Positions 18,973 through 28,609 of a stretch of DNA of 64,000 bases are shown here, one piece after another (the first letter of the stretch is position 1; every line of letters begins with the position of its first letter). The stretch is from Acidobacteriota bacterium (lineage in GTDB: Bacteria > Acidobacteriota > UBA6911 > RPQK01 > JAJDTT01). Position numbers and translations under genes: made by a program. Under the pieces are notes generated by a model. That model did not search any database, was not told the origin of the DNA, and saw only the letters and a list, made by a program, of their open reading frames with translations. The stretch spans positions 983,890 through 1,047,889 of the forward strand of contig CBDCLS010000004.1 of NCBI GenBank assembly GCA_965218775.1. Direction: 5' to 3'.

Positions 18973-19863
18973 CTACTTGCCGCCTTTAAACGAAGCAAAC
19001 TGCCGATCGGCCAGGTAGCTGGAGCGCACCAGGGGACCACTCTCAACATGCTCGAACCCCAAATCCTGTCCCACCTGCTTCCAGTACTCAAACTCCTGGG
19101 GATGATAGAAACGATCGACAGGCAGGTGCCAGGAAGAGGGCCGAAGGTACTGCCCCAGAGTCAGGATTCCGACCCGGCGTTCCACCAGATCCTCCATGAC
19201 ACTCCGGATTTCGTCCTCCTTCTCTCCCAGACCCAGCATCATTCCGGTCTTGGTCACAATATCTGCAGAGATCTGACGCGCTCGCTCCAAAACATTCAAT
19301 GACAGCGCATAATCGCCACCGCCACGGGCTGAGGGATAGAGCCGCGGCACGGTCTCGATATTGTGGTTGAGAATGTGGGGATGAGAGTCGAGTACGACCC
19401 GGAGTGCACGCTCAGATCCCTTGAAGTCGGGAATCAGCACTTCGACGACACAGCCAGGGTGGAGCCGCCGAATTTCCGAGACGGTTTCGGCAAAGGTCGC
19501 CGAGCCTCCATCCTCGAGGTCGTCTCGATCGACCGAGGTAATGACAGCGTGTTGAAGGCCCATCACACGCACTGCCTCGGCAACCCGCCGGGGTTCCTGA
19601 CGATCCAGGGCCAGGGGGGCCCCCTTGGAGACGGCGCAGTAGCGGCAGCCACGAGTACAAATCTTCCCTAGAATCATGAAGGTTGCGACCCCATGATCCC
19701 AGCACTCTCCCATGTTGGGACAGTGAGCCTCCTCGCACACGGTGTTCAACTTCAGGCCGGCAAGCAGCCCTTTGAGGTTGTGCACTCCCTCGCCAAACGG
19801 CGCCCGCACCTTGAGCCAGGGAGGGTGTCGTGGGGAAGCTGATTTTTGCCTTCTCTCCTCCAT
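18973..19863 (-). CDS. lipA: lipoyl synthase
   Basis: Radical-SAM motifs CTRGCRYCAV and CEEAHCPNMGECW are present, with a conserved C-terminus. The start MEERRQK is the complement of 19861-19863. The track ORF is spuriously extended 5' through a repeat. Confidence 0.9.
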   Translation of the reverse strand: MEERRQKSASPRHPPWLKVRAPFGEGVHNLKGLLAGLKLNTVCEEAHCPNMGECWDHGVATFMILGKICTRGCRYCAVSKGAPLALDRQEPRRVAEAVRVMGLQHAVITSVDRDDLEDGGSATFAETVSEIRRLHPGCVVEVLIPDFKGSERALRVVLDSHPHILNHNIETVPRLYPSARGGGDYALSLNVLERARQISADIVTKTGMMLGLGEKEDEIRSVMEDLVERRVGILTLGQYLRPSSWHLPVDRFYHPQEFEYWKQVGQDLGFEHVESGPLVRSSYLADRQFASFKGGK

Positions 19864-19927
19864 AGCAGCGTTTACATTAACAGATTTATTTTCGTCCTGC
19901 AGGGGGCTTACGAGGAACTCAACATAC

Positions 19928-20163
19928 CCGTTTACCGTCCCACCCTTGCCTTTGCCCGTGCCCGTGCCCTTGCCCTCTGATCTCATCTTCTGGTCGCATC
20001 GAGGCTTTTGACCAACCCGCTCGGTATTGACTCGATTCTCCCGATGTAAACTGCTCTCCGCAGCGGCGTTCAGAAGCCGCAGGCTGACTAGGGAGACGCG
20101 AGACGATCCTGGGAGCGGCACGGGCACGGGCACGGGCAAAGGCAAGGGTGGGACGGTAAACGG
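19928..20163. repeat. MITE-like element bounded by a perfect ~41-bp inverted repeat, in the intergenic region upstream of lipA
   Basis: The left arm ccgtttaccgtcccacccttgcctttgcccgtgcccgtgccc (19928-19970) is the reverse complement of the right arm gggcacgggcacgggcaaaggcaagggtgggacggtaaacgg (20121-20163). The arms contain (GCCCGT)n microrepeats. Confidence 0.65.
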
Positions 20164-20170
20164 ATACGAC

Positions 20171-21388
20171 TCAGCCCGAAAGCTTGATTCCGAAGACTGT
20201 GAGCAGCTGGGCAAGTACGGTATGAATCTCGAAGGCTTTTCCGGCAGCCCGATTTTCGGCCACGATCCTCTCGCGGCGAGGTCCATCTTGAAACAGATCC
20301 AGGATCGCTTCAGGCCAGGATCCAACGCCGGGCAGCGACTCACACCAGCGAAGATTCTCCTCTCCCAAGGCCTCTGCAATACCACCAGAGCGCGGGCCAG
20401 TAGTGAAGAGCACCGGAGTCCCTGTCGCGCCAAACGTAACTGTAGAGCTGCTGATGGCTTCAGTGAAAGTCGATCGCTCCTCCAAACCAGAACCCATCAC
20501 CATCAGATCGGTCCGAGTGGCCAGCGCCAGCACCTTGGGGAAGGTGAGGGGGCCCACCCAGGCGCGCCCGTCCGAGACGTGGGTGGCAAGAACCTGATCT
20601 ACCCTCGATCGCTCGGGACCCGAGCCGGCCATGACTGCGACAAACGATGAATCCAGGCCCAGAAGCTTATCAATCACGTGCGCGACGTGGAGGGCACCCT
20701 TCTCGCCCGCCATCCGGCCCGCGAAGACCACCAGCTTCTGGCCAGCGCTTTTTGATCGAGGGAAAAGCTCTTTGATCAGCTCCTCAGCGTCGGCATCGAA
20801 GGTCTCCTGGGCGAAGGGATGGAAGGTCACCGGCGCCACCACACCGGTTACGGGAACCCCGATTCCAGCTGCCAGATCGCGAAGCCAACGGGACACAGTG
20901 AAGATCCCACTACACGCGTCCAATGCTCGGCGGTAGCGTTGACCCGCAGCCGTGTCTCCCCATGACTGCGTCAAGACCAGGGTGTCGGTCCCGCGCAGCA
21001 AGCTGACTACTGGAGTTCTACTAGGCAGACACACGTTCACGACGTCGGCAAGGTAGCTCAGCGGCGAAATCGCCAGGACTCCACCAACACCCCTCGGATT
21101 CTCCTGAAGCACGGCGTCTACTGCGTCGGCGACGGCGCAGGAACTGAGGCTGTGTGGCACCTTCTCCATGGCCTGGTACTCAACCTCGATCCGCCGATAC
21201 AAAGGAGTCGCCACCGGAGGTGTTATCTCGACGCTGTGCCGGGGGCCCTCATCGGTCGTGTGGGTGATGTGCACCACCGGCACCTGGGCGCTGCCGCCCA
21301 GAAACTCGGATAACTGCCAGGCGAAGATACTGTGTCCTGAAAGATAAGAAGCGGGATTTCGGGAGATGATGATCAAGGGTCTCTTCAT
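20171..21388 (-). CDS. glycosyltransferase family 4 (GT1-type fold)
   Basis: The C-terminal half is GT4-like (VVFAGRMAGEKG...). It overlaps the upstream GT4 gene by 4 bp. Confidence 0.7.
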   Translation of the reverse strand: MKRPLIIISRNPASYLSGHSIFAWQLSEFLGGSAQVPVVHITHTTDEGPRHSVEITPPVATPLYRRIEVEYQAMEKVPHSLSSCAVADAVDAVLQENPRGVGGVLAISPLSYLADVVNVCLPSRTPVVSLLRGTDTLVLTQSWGDTAAGQRYRRALDACSGIFTVSRWLRDLAAGIGVPVTGVVAPVTFHPFAQETFDADAEELIKELFPRSKSAGQKLVVFAGRMAGEKGALHVAHVIDKLLGLDSSFVAVMAGSGPERSRVDQVLATHVSDGRAWVGPLTFPKVLALATRTDLMVMGSGLEERSTFTEAISSSTVTFGATGTPVLFTTGPRSGGIAEALGEENLRWCESLPGVGSWPEAILDLFQDGPRRERIVAENRAAGKAFEIHTVLAQLLTVFGIKLSG

Positions 21389-22611
21389 GGCGACACCCCG
21401 TCGATCAGCTTCCGGTATAAACCCACATAGTCACGGGCGTATCGATCCAAGGTTAGACGCTTCGCCGCTGCCCGGCCGGCATCTGCCAGCTTTCCTCGAA
21501 GTTCATCCGAGAGCAGTACCGATTCCAGGCCTCCCACCAGCTCCTCCATCGAGTCGGGTGAAAAGGTGATTCCGTTGACCCCATCCTGTATGTACTCCAC
21601 GAGCCCACCGTCGTTGGCTACTGCCGCGCAACAACCGAGTAACATGCCCTCGAGATGGCAGCGCCCTGCTCCTTCGTTACGAGCCGGATAGACAACGACG
21701 TCCGCAGCCGCGTAGAGCGCACGCAGGTCTGCCGGAGCGAGGTTGTCGAGAAAGGACATTCGCTCCGCCACACCCAGCCGAGACGCCATCATCTCAAGGC
21801 TTTCCTGGTAGCCAGAACGTTCCGGAAGAGTGGGACCCGGCAAGGCGAGGTGCGCGAGCAAACCTGATTGCTGAATGGGCACGCGTTGGAGCAGCCAATA
21901 CATTCCCTGGATCAGAAACGCGTGATTCTTTCTCGGGATGAATCGGGCAGGGTAGACCAGCAGCCTGTGGGTGGCGTCAGGGGCCAACTTCCGGCGCCAA
22001 GCCTGGACGTCGGCGTCGTCGGCCTGGGCAGGATTCCAGAAATCCCGGTCCACGAAGAAGCCTTGATAGTCCACCGATCCCCCAGGAAGAGCCGACGCAG
22101 AAAAACCACTGATCGCACAGGTCCGGTCCACCAGTTGGGTCGCCTCGCGGAGAATCTCCACCATCTCAGACTTGGCGGGCATCCCGTCATGATGAGTAAG
22201 GACGCTGGGAAGCCCCCGTCGGCGTGCCACACGCAGTGCCACCACCTGCACCCAGTGCCGGACGATATGAACATGCAGAAGGTCAGGTTGCTCCCGCTCG
22301 AGCAGGTTCTCCAAATGCCGTTCGAAGGACGCTAAAGCTTCCTCGGAGTCCATCTCCGTTCGTCCCGGAGTGCGCATCGGTACCACGCAGGGGAAAAGAC
22401 GAATTCCGGTTTCGGGTTGGATCCACTCCTTCCCCCTCCGTTCGACCCGTCCCGAGGCTTCCAACTCGTCCATATGCGACGCCCCCACCAGAAACGTCTG
22501 GATCACGTCGACGTCGTCCAGCTTCACCAGGGCAGCATTCAGTGCCTGAAGATGGGCCATCATGCCGCCCGTGTTGACCAGATAGTCGTGGGAAAAGCGA
22601 AGGATCTTCAC
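21385..22611 (-). CDS. glycosyltransferase family 4 (GT1-type fold)
   Basis: It has the LLVYPARFIPRKN ... EGAGRCHLEGMLLGC pattern of GT4 retaining transferases. Confidence 0.7.
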   Translation of the reverse strand: MKILRFSHDYLVNTGGMMAHLQALNAALVKLDDVDVIQTFLVGASHMDELEASGRVERRGKEWIQPETGIRLFPCVVPMRTPGRTEMDSEEALASFERHLENLLEREQPDLLHVHIVRHWVQVVALRVARRRGLPSVLTHHDGMPAKSEMVEILREATQLVDRTCAISGFSASALPGGSVDYQGFFVDRDFWNPAQADDADVQAWRRKLAPDATHRLLVYPARFIPRKNHAFLIQGMYWLLQRVPIQQSGLLAHLALPGPTLPERSGYQESLEMMASRLGVAERMSFLDNLAPADLRALYAAADVVVYPARNEGAGRCHLEGMLLGCCAAVANDGGLVEYIQDGVNGITFSPDSMEELVGGLESVLLSDELRGKLADAGRAAAKRLTLDRYARDYVGLYRKLIDGVSP

Positions 22612-22806
22612 AAGGGGACCGTCACGGCAAAGCAGACAGAGGCGGGACCCTGACAGCGCATGCCTGCAATGTAATGGCCCTACCTCCTGAAATCAAGGCC
22701 GGGCGGAGTCGCGAATGAACCTATCGTCATTTCCGACAAACCTTGCAAACGCATGCCGAGGGGTCTACGATTCCCGGCAGAGGCGGCGCATCCAGGACGG
22801 TGACCT

Positions 22807-23940
22807 ATGACCTCTCTCTCAAGTAAATTGCTACTCGCTCTGAGTGTACTGGCGATCGTGAGTCTCTCGATCGCGATCGGCGCTGCTGACACGCCCATTC
22901 CCGACCTCTCAGGAAAGATCTTGACGGTGAAGGGACCCATCGAGCCAAAGCTACTGGGACCTACCATCATGCATGAGCACGTCCTGATCGACTACCGGGG
23001 AAGACCCGAAGAACGGATCAAGAGCGCCACTGATGCGAGTTTCTACGAGGAACCTGTCTCCCTCGGCAACCTCAGCAAGATTCGGACCTGGGTTTCTGAA
23101 AACCAGGACAATCTGCTGCTAGGCGACGTCGATCTGGCCCTCCACGAAGTCCTGGATTTCAAGCGCTGGGGAGGTAGTGGGATCGTCGACTGCACCAGCA
23201 TCGGCCTGGGAAGGGACCCCTCCGGCCTGCTCCAGGTCTCCAATGCCAGCGGTCTGCACCTGATCATGGGCTCGGGATTCTACGTTGAGAGCTTTCACCC
23301 CCCGGACATGGACCAGCGAACCGTCGATGACCTGACCAAGATCATCATCCGTGACGTCACGGTCGGAGTCGCCGGGACCCCGATCCGCTCCGGGATCATC
23401 GGAGAAGTCGGGGTTGCCAGGGGATTGAAAGCAAGTGAGCTGAAGGGTGCGCGAGCAGCAGCCCGAGCCAGCCGCGCCACCGGAGCAGCCATCTCCTTTC
23501 ATCATGCGGGTGCGGGAGAGGAGAAGTTCACCACTCTCGACCTGGTCGCCTCCGAGGGAGCGGATCTGAACCGGGTCATCATCGGCCATGCCAACCACAT
23601 TGCTACCGATATTCCCTACATGAAACGGCTGCTCCAGCGGGGCGTGTATATTCAGTTCGACCTCTTCGGAGAGGTGATTCCGCGGCTGGGCCGCATCCAT
23701 GACTATGAGGTCGCGCAATCCATCGTCCAGCTGGTAAAGGACGGTCATGCCAATCGGCTCCTCCTCTCCCAGGACGTGTGCACCAAGTCCATGCTGAAGA
23801 CCTACGGAGGTATGGGTTTCTCCTACGTCATGGAATTCGTGCTGCCCGAGTTGCGGAGGTTGGGGGTGGCAGAGGACGCTCTCCGGCTGATCATGGTTGA
23901 GAACCCCAGAAGGGTCCTGACCTTTGCCAAGCCTGGTTAA
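22807..23940 (+). CDS. phosphotriesterase family protein (PTE / PLL-like metal hydrolase), secreted
   Basis: The signature GPTIMHEHVLID is present. It has a signal peptide and a TIM-barrel length. Confidence 0.7.
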   Translation: MTSLSSKLLLALSVLAIVSLSIAIGAADTPIPDLSGKILTVKGPIEPKLLGPTIMHEHVLIDYRGRPEERIKSATDASFYEEPVSLGNLSKIRTWVSENQDNLLLGDVDLALHEVLDFKRWGGSGIVDCTSIGLGRDPSGLLQVSNASGLHLIMGSGFYVESFHPPDMDQRTVDDLTKIIIRDVTVGVAGTPIRSGIIGEVGVARGLKASELKGARAAARASRATGAAISFHHAGAGEEKFTTLDLVASEGADLNRVIIGHANHIATDIPYMKRLLQRGVYIQFDLFGEVIPRLGRIHDYEVAQSIVQLVKDGHANRLLLSQDVCTKSMLKTYGGMGFSYVMEFVLPELRRLGVAEDALRLIMVENPRRVLTFAKPG

Positions 23941-24017
23941 CTCCCAAGATACAAGACGCAAAATACCCGAAATCTTGCGCTGGGAGTGCCGTGGCCGCCG
24001 TCAGGTGCAGCCACTTG

Positions 24018-24326
24018 TTAGTCAGCCTTGCGGCTTTCAAGCCACCGGCGCAGCGAGGTCTGGGTCTCACCGGAACGTCGCCCAGCCAGAAGACCCTCGA
24101 TGCTGATGTCTTCGTCCAAGTCGGGCCAGTGAATCCCTTCTCCTTCCCCAATGAGGCGCCAACGTCCGCGTTCGGCTGCGCTGCCATGTGCAAGGCGGGG
24201 GTACCAGGTCAGCGGAACAGCGATCATACGACCGTCGACAAGATCGACCACCAGCGCGTCTTCGGTCACCGACACGTGTTGAGCCCTTGCCTCGCTGGTG
24301 TCGCTCCGTGATGGTGAAATACTCAT
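24018..24326 (-). CDS. DUF2442 family protein (part of a DUF4160/DUF2442 TA-like pair)
   Basis: Motifs are DGRMIAVPLTWYPRL...ERGRWRLIGEGEGIHWPDLDEDIS. Confidence 0.6.
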   Translation of the reverse strand: MSISPSRSDTSEARAQHVSVTEDALVVDLVDGRMIAVPLTWYPRLAHGSAAERGRWRLIGEGEGIHWPDLDEDISIEGLLAGRRSGETQTSLRRWLESRKAD

Positions 24327-24329
24327 CCC

Positions 24330-24597
24330 ACATTCTCAGAAAGAGTTGCTCTTGTTCAATCACAAGCCGCTCAGGCCTCTGAAGCTCCACAGCGCCAAAA
24401 CCGCCGCTCCGAGCCAACCGTACAGGGCCAAGCCAGAACTTTGCACGGTTCGCCTCCCGTTCGACGTGAACGTGCGCGGGTTCGTTGCGGTCGGCCGAGT
24501 AAAAAAAGAACCGATAGGGACCCTCGCGATGAACCGTCGGCACGACATAAGTAGTTCGCTTGGTCGATCGTTCTCGGCGATTTGCGAGCGCCTCCAA
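24330..24597 (-). CDS. DUF4160 family protein (the 3' end is uncertain)
   Basis: The N-terminus VPTVHREGPYRFFFYSADRNEPAHVHVEREANRAKFW matches DUF4160. The track ORF has no stop until 24067, so the natural stop may be lost. Confidence 0.5.
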
Positions 24598-24623
24598 GCG
24601 ATTCCGATTCTCGATTCGGCCTG

Positions 24624-24917
24624 GCTAAACAGAGCGTCTTAAGTCTACGGTAACGTTTGTGGCGAGCGCGACGGGTCGAGGGCGCGAAGCGTCTCGACGC
24701 GAAGCGACGACGAGGCGATGCTTGGTATCGTAGAGGAGGAGCGACAAAGCCATCGGCCCGTCCCGTCGCCACCCGCGGGGCAGAGGGGGGTTGTGGACGA
24801 TCTCTGCGTGGGTCGTCGTCGAAGATGGCCAAGCATCGACTTTCTCCTCCCGCCTTGATCTCGCCTCACAAGCCCCCTCTGCAAACGTCACCGTAGACTT
24901 AAGACGCTCTGTTTAGC
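24624..24917. repeat. MITE-like palindromic repeat, copy 2
   Basis: It has the same conserved core as 2340-2615. Its own 28-bp terminal inverted repeat is gctaaacagagcgtcttaagtctacggt / accgtagacttaagacgctctgtttagc. Confidence 0.7.
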
Positions 24918-24923
24918 AGCTTG

Positions 24924-25238
24924 TTAGCGACCTCGCCCCCATTGCCGCCTCCGATTTCGACGACGCGGTGCGCGCGGGTTTGTCGGCTCCGAGTCGGAAG
25001 CGATGAGTTCGAGCGCAGCTCCGTACCTGGCAATCGTCGACACCCGAAGCTCCTCGTATTTTTCCGCAGGCACGCCGAATGCGGTGGCCGAGTACGCCCA
25101 GGCACACTGGCGAATCATGTCCCGGTCGAGCTTGGCGGAACACTCTGCGCAAAGGCAGAGATCGTCTACTGACGCGAACGCATCACACCCCTGGCAGTCG
25201 GCCTCAAAGGCTCCAAAATCAAGTTCGTCGTCGGGCAT
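24924..25238 (-). CDS. hypothetical Cys-rich small protein (zinc-ribbon-like CxxC...CxCxxC)
   Basis: This is an ORF only. It carries CQGCDAF...CLCAEC. There is no other support. Confidence 0.3.
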   Translation of the reverse strand: MPDDELDFGAFEADCQGCDAFASVDDLCLCAECSAKLDRDMIRQCAWAYSATAFGVPAEKYEELRVSTIARYGAALELIASDSEPTNPRAPRRRNRRRQWGRGR

Positions 25239-25352
25239 CGACTTCCTTCCTGTGTGCCGCTAACGTTCAGGCGATCAGCCGCGAGCGGCCCATCGCAATC
25301 GTACGAATTATACCCTTTCGCGACCGGGCCGCTCGTCGGCTGTAGCGGCTTG

Positions 25353-25688
25353 TTAGCCGGGCTCCTGACCCGCTCTAGTCAGCCAGTACAGCGGTCGCCG
25401 CTTTTGGTGCGCAACAGCGAGTACAAGCGAGGATTGGTGGTGGTGCTCAAAGGCGATGATATATGGAAATCATGCGACCGTCGCCTTGCGGATCATGGGT
25501 GAGCCCATACGAGTTCCGGTCCACCCCGAAAACGACTTCGGCATTTCGCCGATGCGCTCAAGAACCAGCTCAATAGCCGCTAGGAACTCACCGCCCAGGC
25601 CCGGGCGGCGTTCCTCGTACCACAGTGCCGCAGAACGAAACTCGGCTCGGGCTTCAGGATGAAGTTTGACCCGTGCGCCGCTGGGCAA
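25353..25688 (-). pseudogene. ParE/RelE-family toxin interrupted by an in-frame TGA
   Basis: The N-terminal segment VKLHPEARAEFRSAALWYEERRPGLGGEFLAAIELVLERI ends with ...IRKATVA, then a TGA at 25470-25472. The same frame continues FPYIIAFEHHHQSSLVLAVAHQKRRPLYW, which is the ParE C-terminal motif. Confidence 0.5.
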
Positions 25689-25902
25689 GTTCCTTCAGGA
25701 TCTCCTTCCGTACTGTCTCCCAGGCCAGCGCCTGAACGCGACCCTCAGCAACCTCTCGCGAACGCCGCTCCAACTCAGCCGCCCAAGCAGCGGAAACCTC
25801 GTCGTCGGACTCCTCGAGGCTGGAAAGGAGTTCTTCTGCTACTCGTGCACGCTCGCGGCGCGGCAACCGCAATGCTTCCACAAGAAGCTTGTCTGTGGAC
25901 AT
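25654..25902 (-). CDS. putative addiction-module antitoxin (TIGR02574-like)
   Basis: The sequence is MSTDKLLVEALRLPRRERARVAEELLSSLEE...EVSAAWAAELERRSREVAEGRVQALAWETV. It overlaps the ParE-like gene's 5' end. Confidence 0.55.
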   Translation of the reverse strand: MSTDKLLVEALRLPRRERARVAEELLSSLEESDDEVSAAWAAELERRSREVAEGRVQALAWETVRKEILKELAQRRTGQTSS

Positions 25903-26098
25903 GATGCCAGTTTGGCATACCGACCCGAGACCATCCTCTGCCAATTGGAACCCAATGCTGTCCGGCACCACCCAACGGAATGCGCTTCAGCGGCGTGCGC
26001 GCCACAAGATGTATTCGGGCCTTGCGCCAGTTTTGGGGAGCGGCCCGTCCGCTGCAAGCGCTTGTTGGGCAGCACTGCTAAGTGCTACGCTTTCCTTC

Positions 26099-26323
26099 AT
26101 GACCATCAAGGCGCGCGTCCGAGAAGGTCGACTCGTCGTCGACGAGCCGACGGAACTTCCAAATGGAACAGAAATAGACCTACTACCGCTCGACCCCGGC
26201 GACTGGCTCGATGAAGCTGACCGCGCAGCACTCCATGAGGCTCTGCGCCAGTCCGACACTGATGCCGCCGCGGGGAGACTCGTGGACGCTGAAGAGATTC
26301 TCAAGGACATCAGGTCGCGTTGA
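26099..26323 (+). CDS. antitoxin (DUF104/ParD-like) of an antitoxin-ParE pair
   Basis: The sequence is MTIKARVREGRLVVDEPTELPNGTEIDLLPLD.... It has a 4-bp overlap with the downstream toxin. Confidence 0.55.
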   Translation: MTIKARVREGRLVVDEPTELPNGTEIDLLPLDPGDWLDEADRAALHEALRQSDTDAAAGRLVDAEEILKDIRSR

Positions 26324-26625
26324 GGGACCGTCGCGTCCAGTTCACAGCGACTGCGCAACAACACGTCCGGCGAGAAAAGGCTTGGTGGCTTGAGAACAGA
26401 GTCCATACCGAGGTCTTTGCGACTGAACTCGAAACAGCCTTTCGAATCCTTACCCTCCTCCCTGGAGCTGGCACGCCTTATCCCGAAGCCGATGTGATTG
26501 GCATTCGTCGGTTGTATCTGCGAAAGATAGACTGTCATCTCTACTACACTTTCGACGAGCACGAAGTTGTCGTTCGTGCTTTGTGGGGTGCCCGTCGCCG
26601 TCGAGGACCGAAAATCACACAGTAG
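26320..26625 (+). CDS. ParE/RelE-family toxin
   Basis: A ParE-like N-terminus is present, together with the C-terminal motif GIRRLYLRKIDCHLYYTFDEHEVVVRALWGARR. Confidence 0.7.
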   Translation: MRDRRVQFTATAQQHVRREKAWWLENRVHTEVFATELETAFRILTLLPGAGTPYPEADVIGIRRLYLRKIDCHLYYTFDEHEVVVRALWGARRRRGPKITQ

Positions 26626-26749
26626 CTTTTCCTGAGTACATCTGTCCGCCCAACGGATTGGCCGCTCAGCGGCGCGACGCCTGCGGCGCGTCAACTGCCC
26701 CGCGGCTTGTTGGGCGGTCCAATCGCTCGTCTCTAAATCTGACTTGATG

Positions 26750-27645
26750 GGGCGCCTTGACGGAAACGCCACACTGAACCTAAGACTGGTCGAATCTGGT
26801 CCCGGATCGACTTTGAGAATAAACCCATCTCCGCGAAACTCTCCCTGAGAAATGAAGGCCGAGGGGGCGTAGACCGTGACCAGCGACTGCACGTATTCGT
26901 CACCCAATTTCAAAGCGGCTGGTGCTTCGAGCTTCGGTACCTCAGGGGGTTGATTTGAGTCGGGGACTGTCACTTGGCCGGGAGACGTCGTCTCCAGTTC
27001 TTCGAATGTGAACAGACCAAGGTGCTCCAGTACGTGAATGTGGCCCAGGCAGACCTTGAGTAGATGGTGTGTTGTGGTGTGAATTCGTTGAGTAGCTGCC
27101 TCCTCACACAGGGCGATGTGATCGCGGATCTGCGTCATCCGAGCACTGTCCTCCAGCCACCAGAAAGAACGACTCGAGCCAACACTTAGTTTGACGGGTA
27201 CGAATGTACCGGGGAGAGTTCGCGGATTAAGGTTGGGGTGATCGTTGATCACTCGTGTACCGATAAGGGCAATGCCACGACCCTCATAAGCTTCATCTGC
27301 ATGTGCGATCACACAGTTGCGAAGCTCCTTGAGAGCGTCGTGCATGGCGGTCTGCATTAGAGGCTTCACGTGTTTGCAGTTGGCCGCGCTTTCAAGGCCA
27401 GGGTTGTTCCTGTTGTCGCTCCAGGGCTTCCAGTACTCGATAACGATTGCCTTCGTATAGGCCATCTTGGCCTCGTAGCGAAGCTGGTCGAGGTCCTCGA
27501 CATACGCTTCTGCCATGCTGCGTGCCGCAGTCAGGCAAGTCCATAGCTGTACCGCTCCAGCCAGGTCGCGCCCGGGCCGCACCAGCTCTTGCCCAGCCTT
27601 GTCAATGTCAGCGGCTAGATCGATTTCGTTCTCGTGGCGGGTCAC
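26750..27645 (-). CDS. hypothetical protein (~300 aa credible); the 3' end is undefined
   Basis: The first ~300 aa have plausible composition. The same frame stays open to 25987, antisense through the ParE pair. Related hairpin repeats lie on both sides (26643-26712 and 27695-27775). Confidence 0.35.
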
Positions 27646-27766
27646 GTCATCGCCTTTGTACGAGGACGGTCAAGTTACTGATTTCGGATCGCCTCACTGT
27701 TAGATCCGCCCAACGGCTGGCGCATCAGCGGGGACGCGAGGCGTCGTCCCCGCCTGCATGCGCTGG

Positions 27767-27985
27767 TTAGCCATCGGATTTAGACTTTGTCGACTCTCTT
27801 TCGGCAATGAGTTGACGCACGGTGGATACGAGTTCTACAGGTACTTCCATCGTTGTATGCGTGGTCGCTTCGTAGACAGCTTCGTCTTCGGCCAACGCCT
27901 CCTCATCAGATTGGGACTCGTAGTGCTCAAGGACACGGCGGACTCGATCTTCATCCCATCCAGCTGGGTAGTTGGTTTTTTTCAT
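27767..27985 (-). CDS. putative antitoxin partnered with a BrnT-like toxin
   Basis: It has an acidic N-terminal half (WDEDRVRRVLEHYESQSDEEALAEDEAVYE). It overlaps the upstream DUF497-like gene by 4 bp. Confidence 0.45.
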   Translation of the reverse strand: MKKTNYPAGWDEDRVRRVLEHYESQSDEEALAEDEAVYEATTHTTMEVPVELVSTVRQLIAERESTKSKSDG

Positions 27986-28263
27986 GCTTTTCTCCTCAGT
28001 CTCCGCCGCAGGGCCTTCTTCGCCTTTGAACCGAGGTCGTAGGCCGTGATCACGAATGCTGAGCCCGCCTCGGGATCAGGAACATAGATCACTCGAAGGT
28101 AGCGGCCCTCGCTGGTTCGCCCAATCGCGACCCGTGATCCCTCTCGGCCATCCCGGTCTTCTAGTGGCCGCTCCAGCAACTCCTCGACCTCTTCTTCGTA
28201 TACCCCATGACGCCGCATATGCGCCATCCCGGTCGAAGAGTCGATATAGAAGCGTAACCGCAT
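27982..28263 (-). CDS. BrnT-like (DUF497/COG2929) RelE-fold toxin
   Basis: The RHGVYEEEVEELLERP...RVAIGRTSEGRYLRVIYVPD...FVITAYDLGSKAKKA pattern parallels the BrnT layout. Confidence 0.5.
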   Translation of the reverse strand: MRLRFYIDSSTGMAHMRRHGVYEEEVEELLERPLEDRDGREGSRVAIGRTSEGRYLRVIYVPDPEAGSAFVITAYDLGSKAKKALRRRLRRKA

Positions 28264-28609
28264 CCAATCATTCTAGCCCTTCCACGCAGAACGAAACGAA
28301 CTAGAAGTTCGGCTGCACGCCAACTGCTAACCGTTAAGCCGGAAGGACGATGGCCTGGGGCATCTTGTTGGAAGGATACTACCAACGGCGTATACAAGCA
28401 CAAATCGACACGCCCATCGCATGGTCAGTCCGCGCTCAATGCTTCGCCGCTGCGATTATTGCTGTGATAGCGCTTACTACTGATGCAATGGCTGCAATAA
28501 GCGCAAGCAACCAGAGGCGCAATTCTCGAATGGAACGCTCGGCTTGTGCGACCCGGCGTTGTAACTCGTGGTCAGGTGCGCGGCAAGCACGACCTGATGA
28601 ACTTTTCGC

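Noticed and set aside
19928-20163. GCCCGT/CACGGG microrepeats as a possible CRISPR array
   Set aside because: The repeats are only 6 bp, tandem and without spacers. They form the arms of a single inverted repeat. No cas genes are present.
19864-20433. N-terminal 190-aa extension of the lipA ORF (track ORF 18973..20433)
   Set aside because: The extension reads through the 41-bp inverted repeat (PLPLPVPVPVPLP) and the intergenic region. The conserved LipA N-terminus starts at MEERRQK (19863).
24067-24329. C-terminal extension of the DUF4160 ORF overlapping DUF2442 in another frame
   Set aside because: DUF4160 proteins are ~80-90 aa. The extension is Arg-rich antisense or alternate-frame noise over the DUF2442 gene.
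25987-26749. C-terminal 250 aa of the 552-aa ORF 25987..27645
   Set aside because: It is S/R-rich and low-complexity, and exactly antisense to the well-supported antitoxin-ParE pair. I treat it as read-through, not coding.
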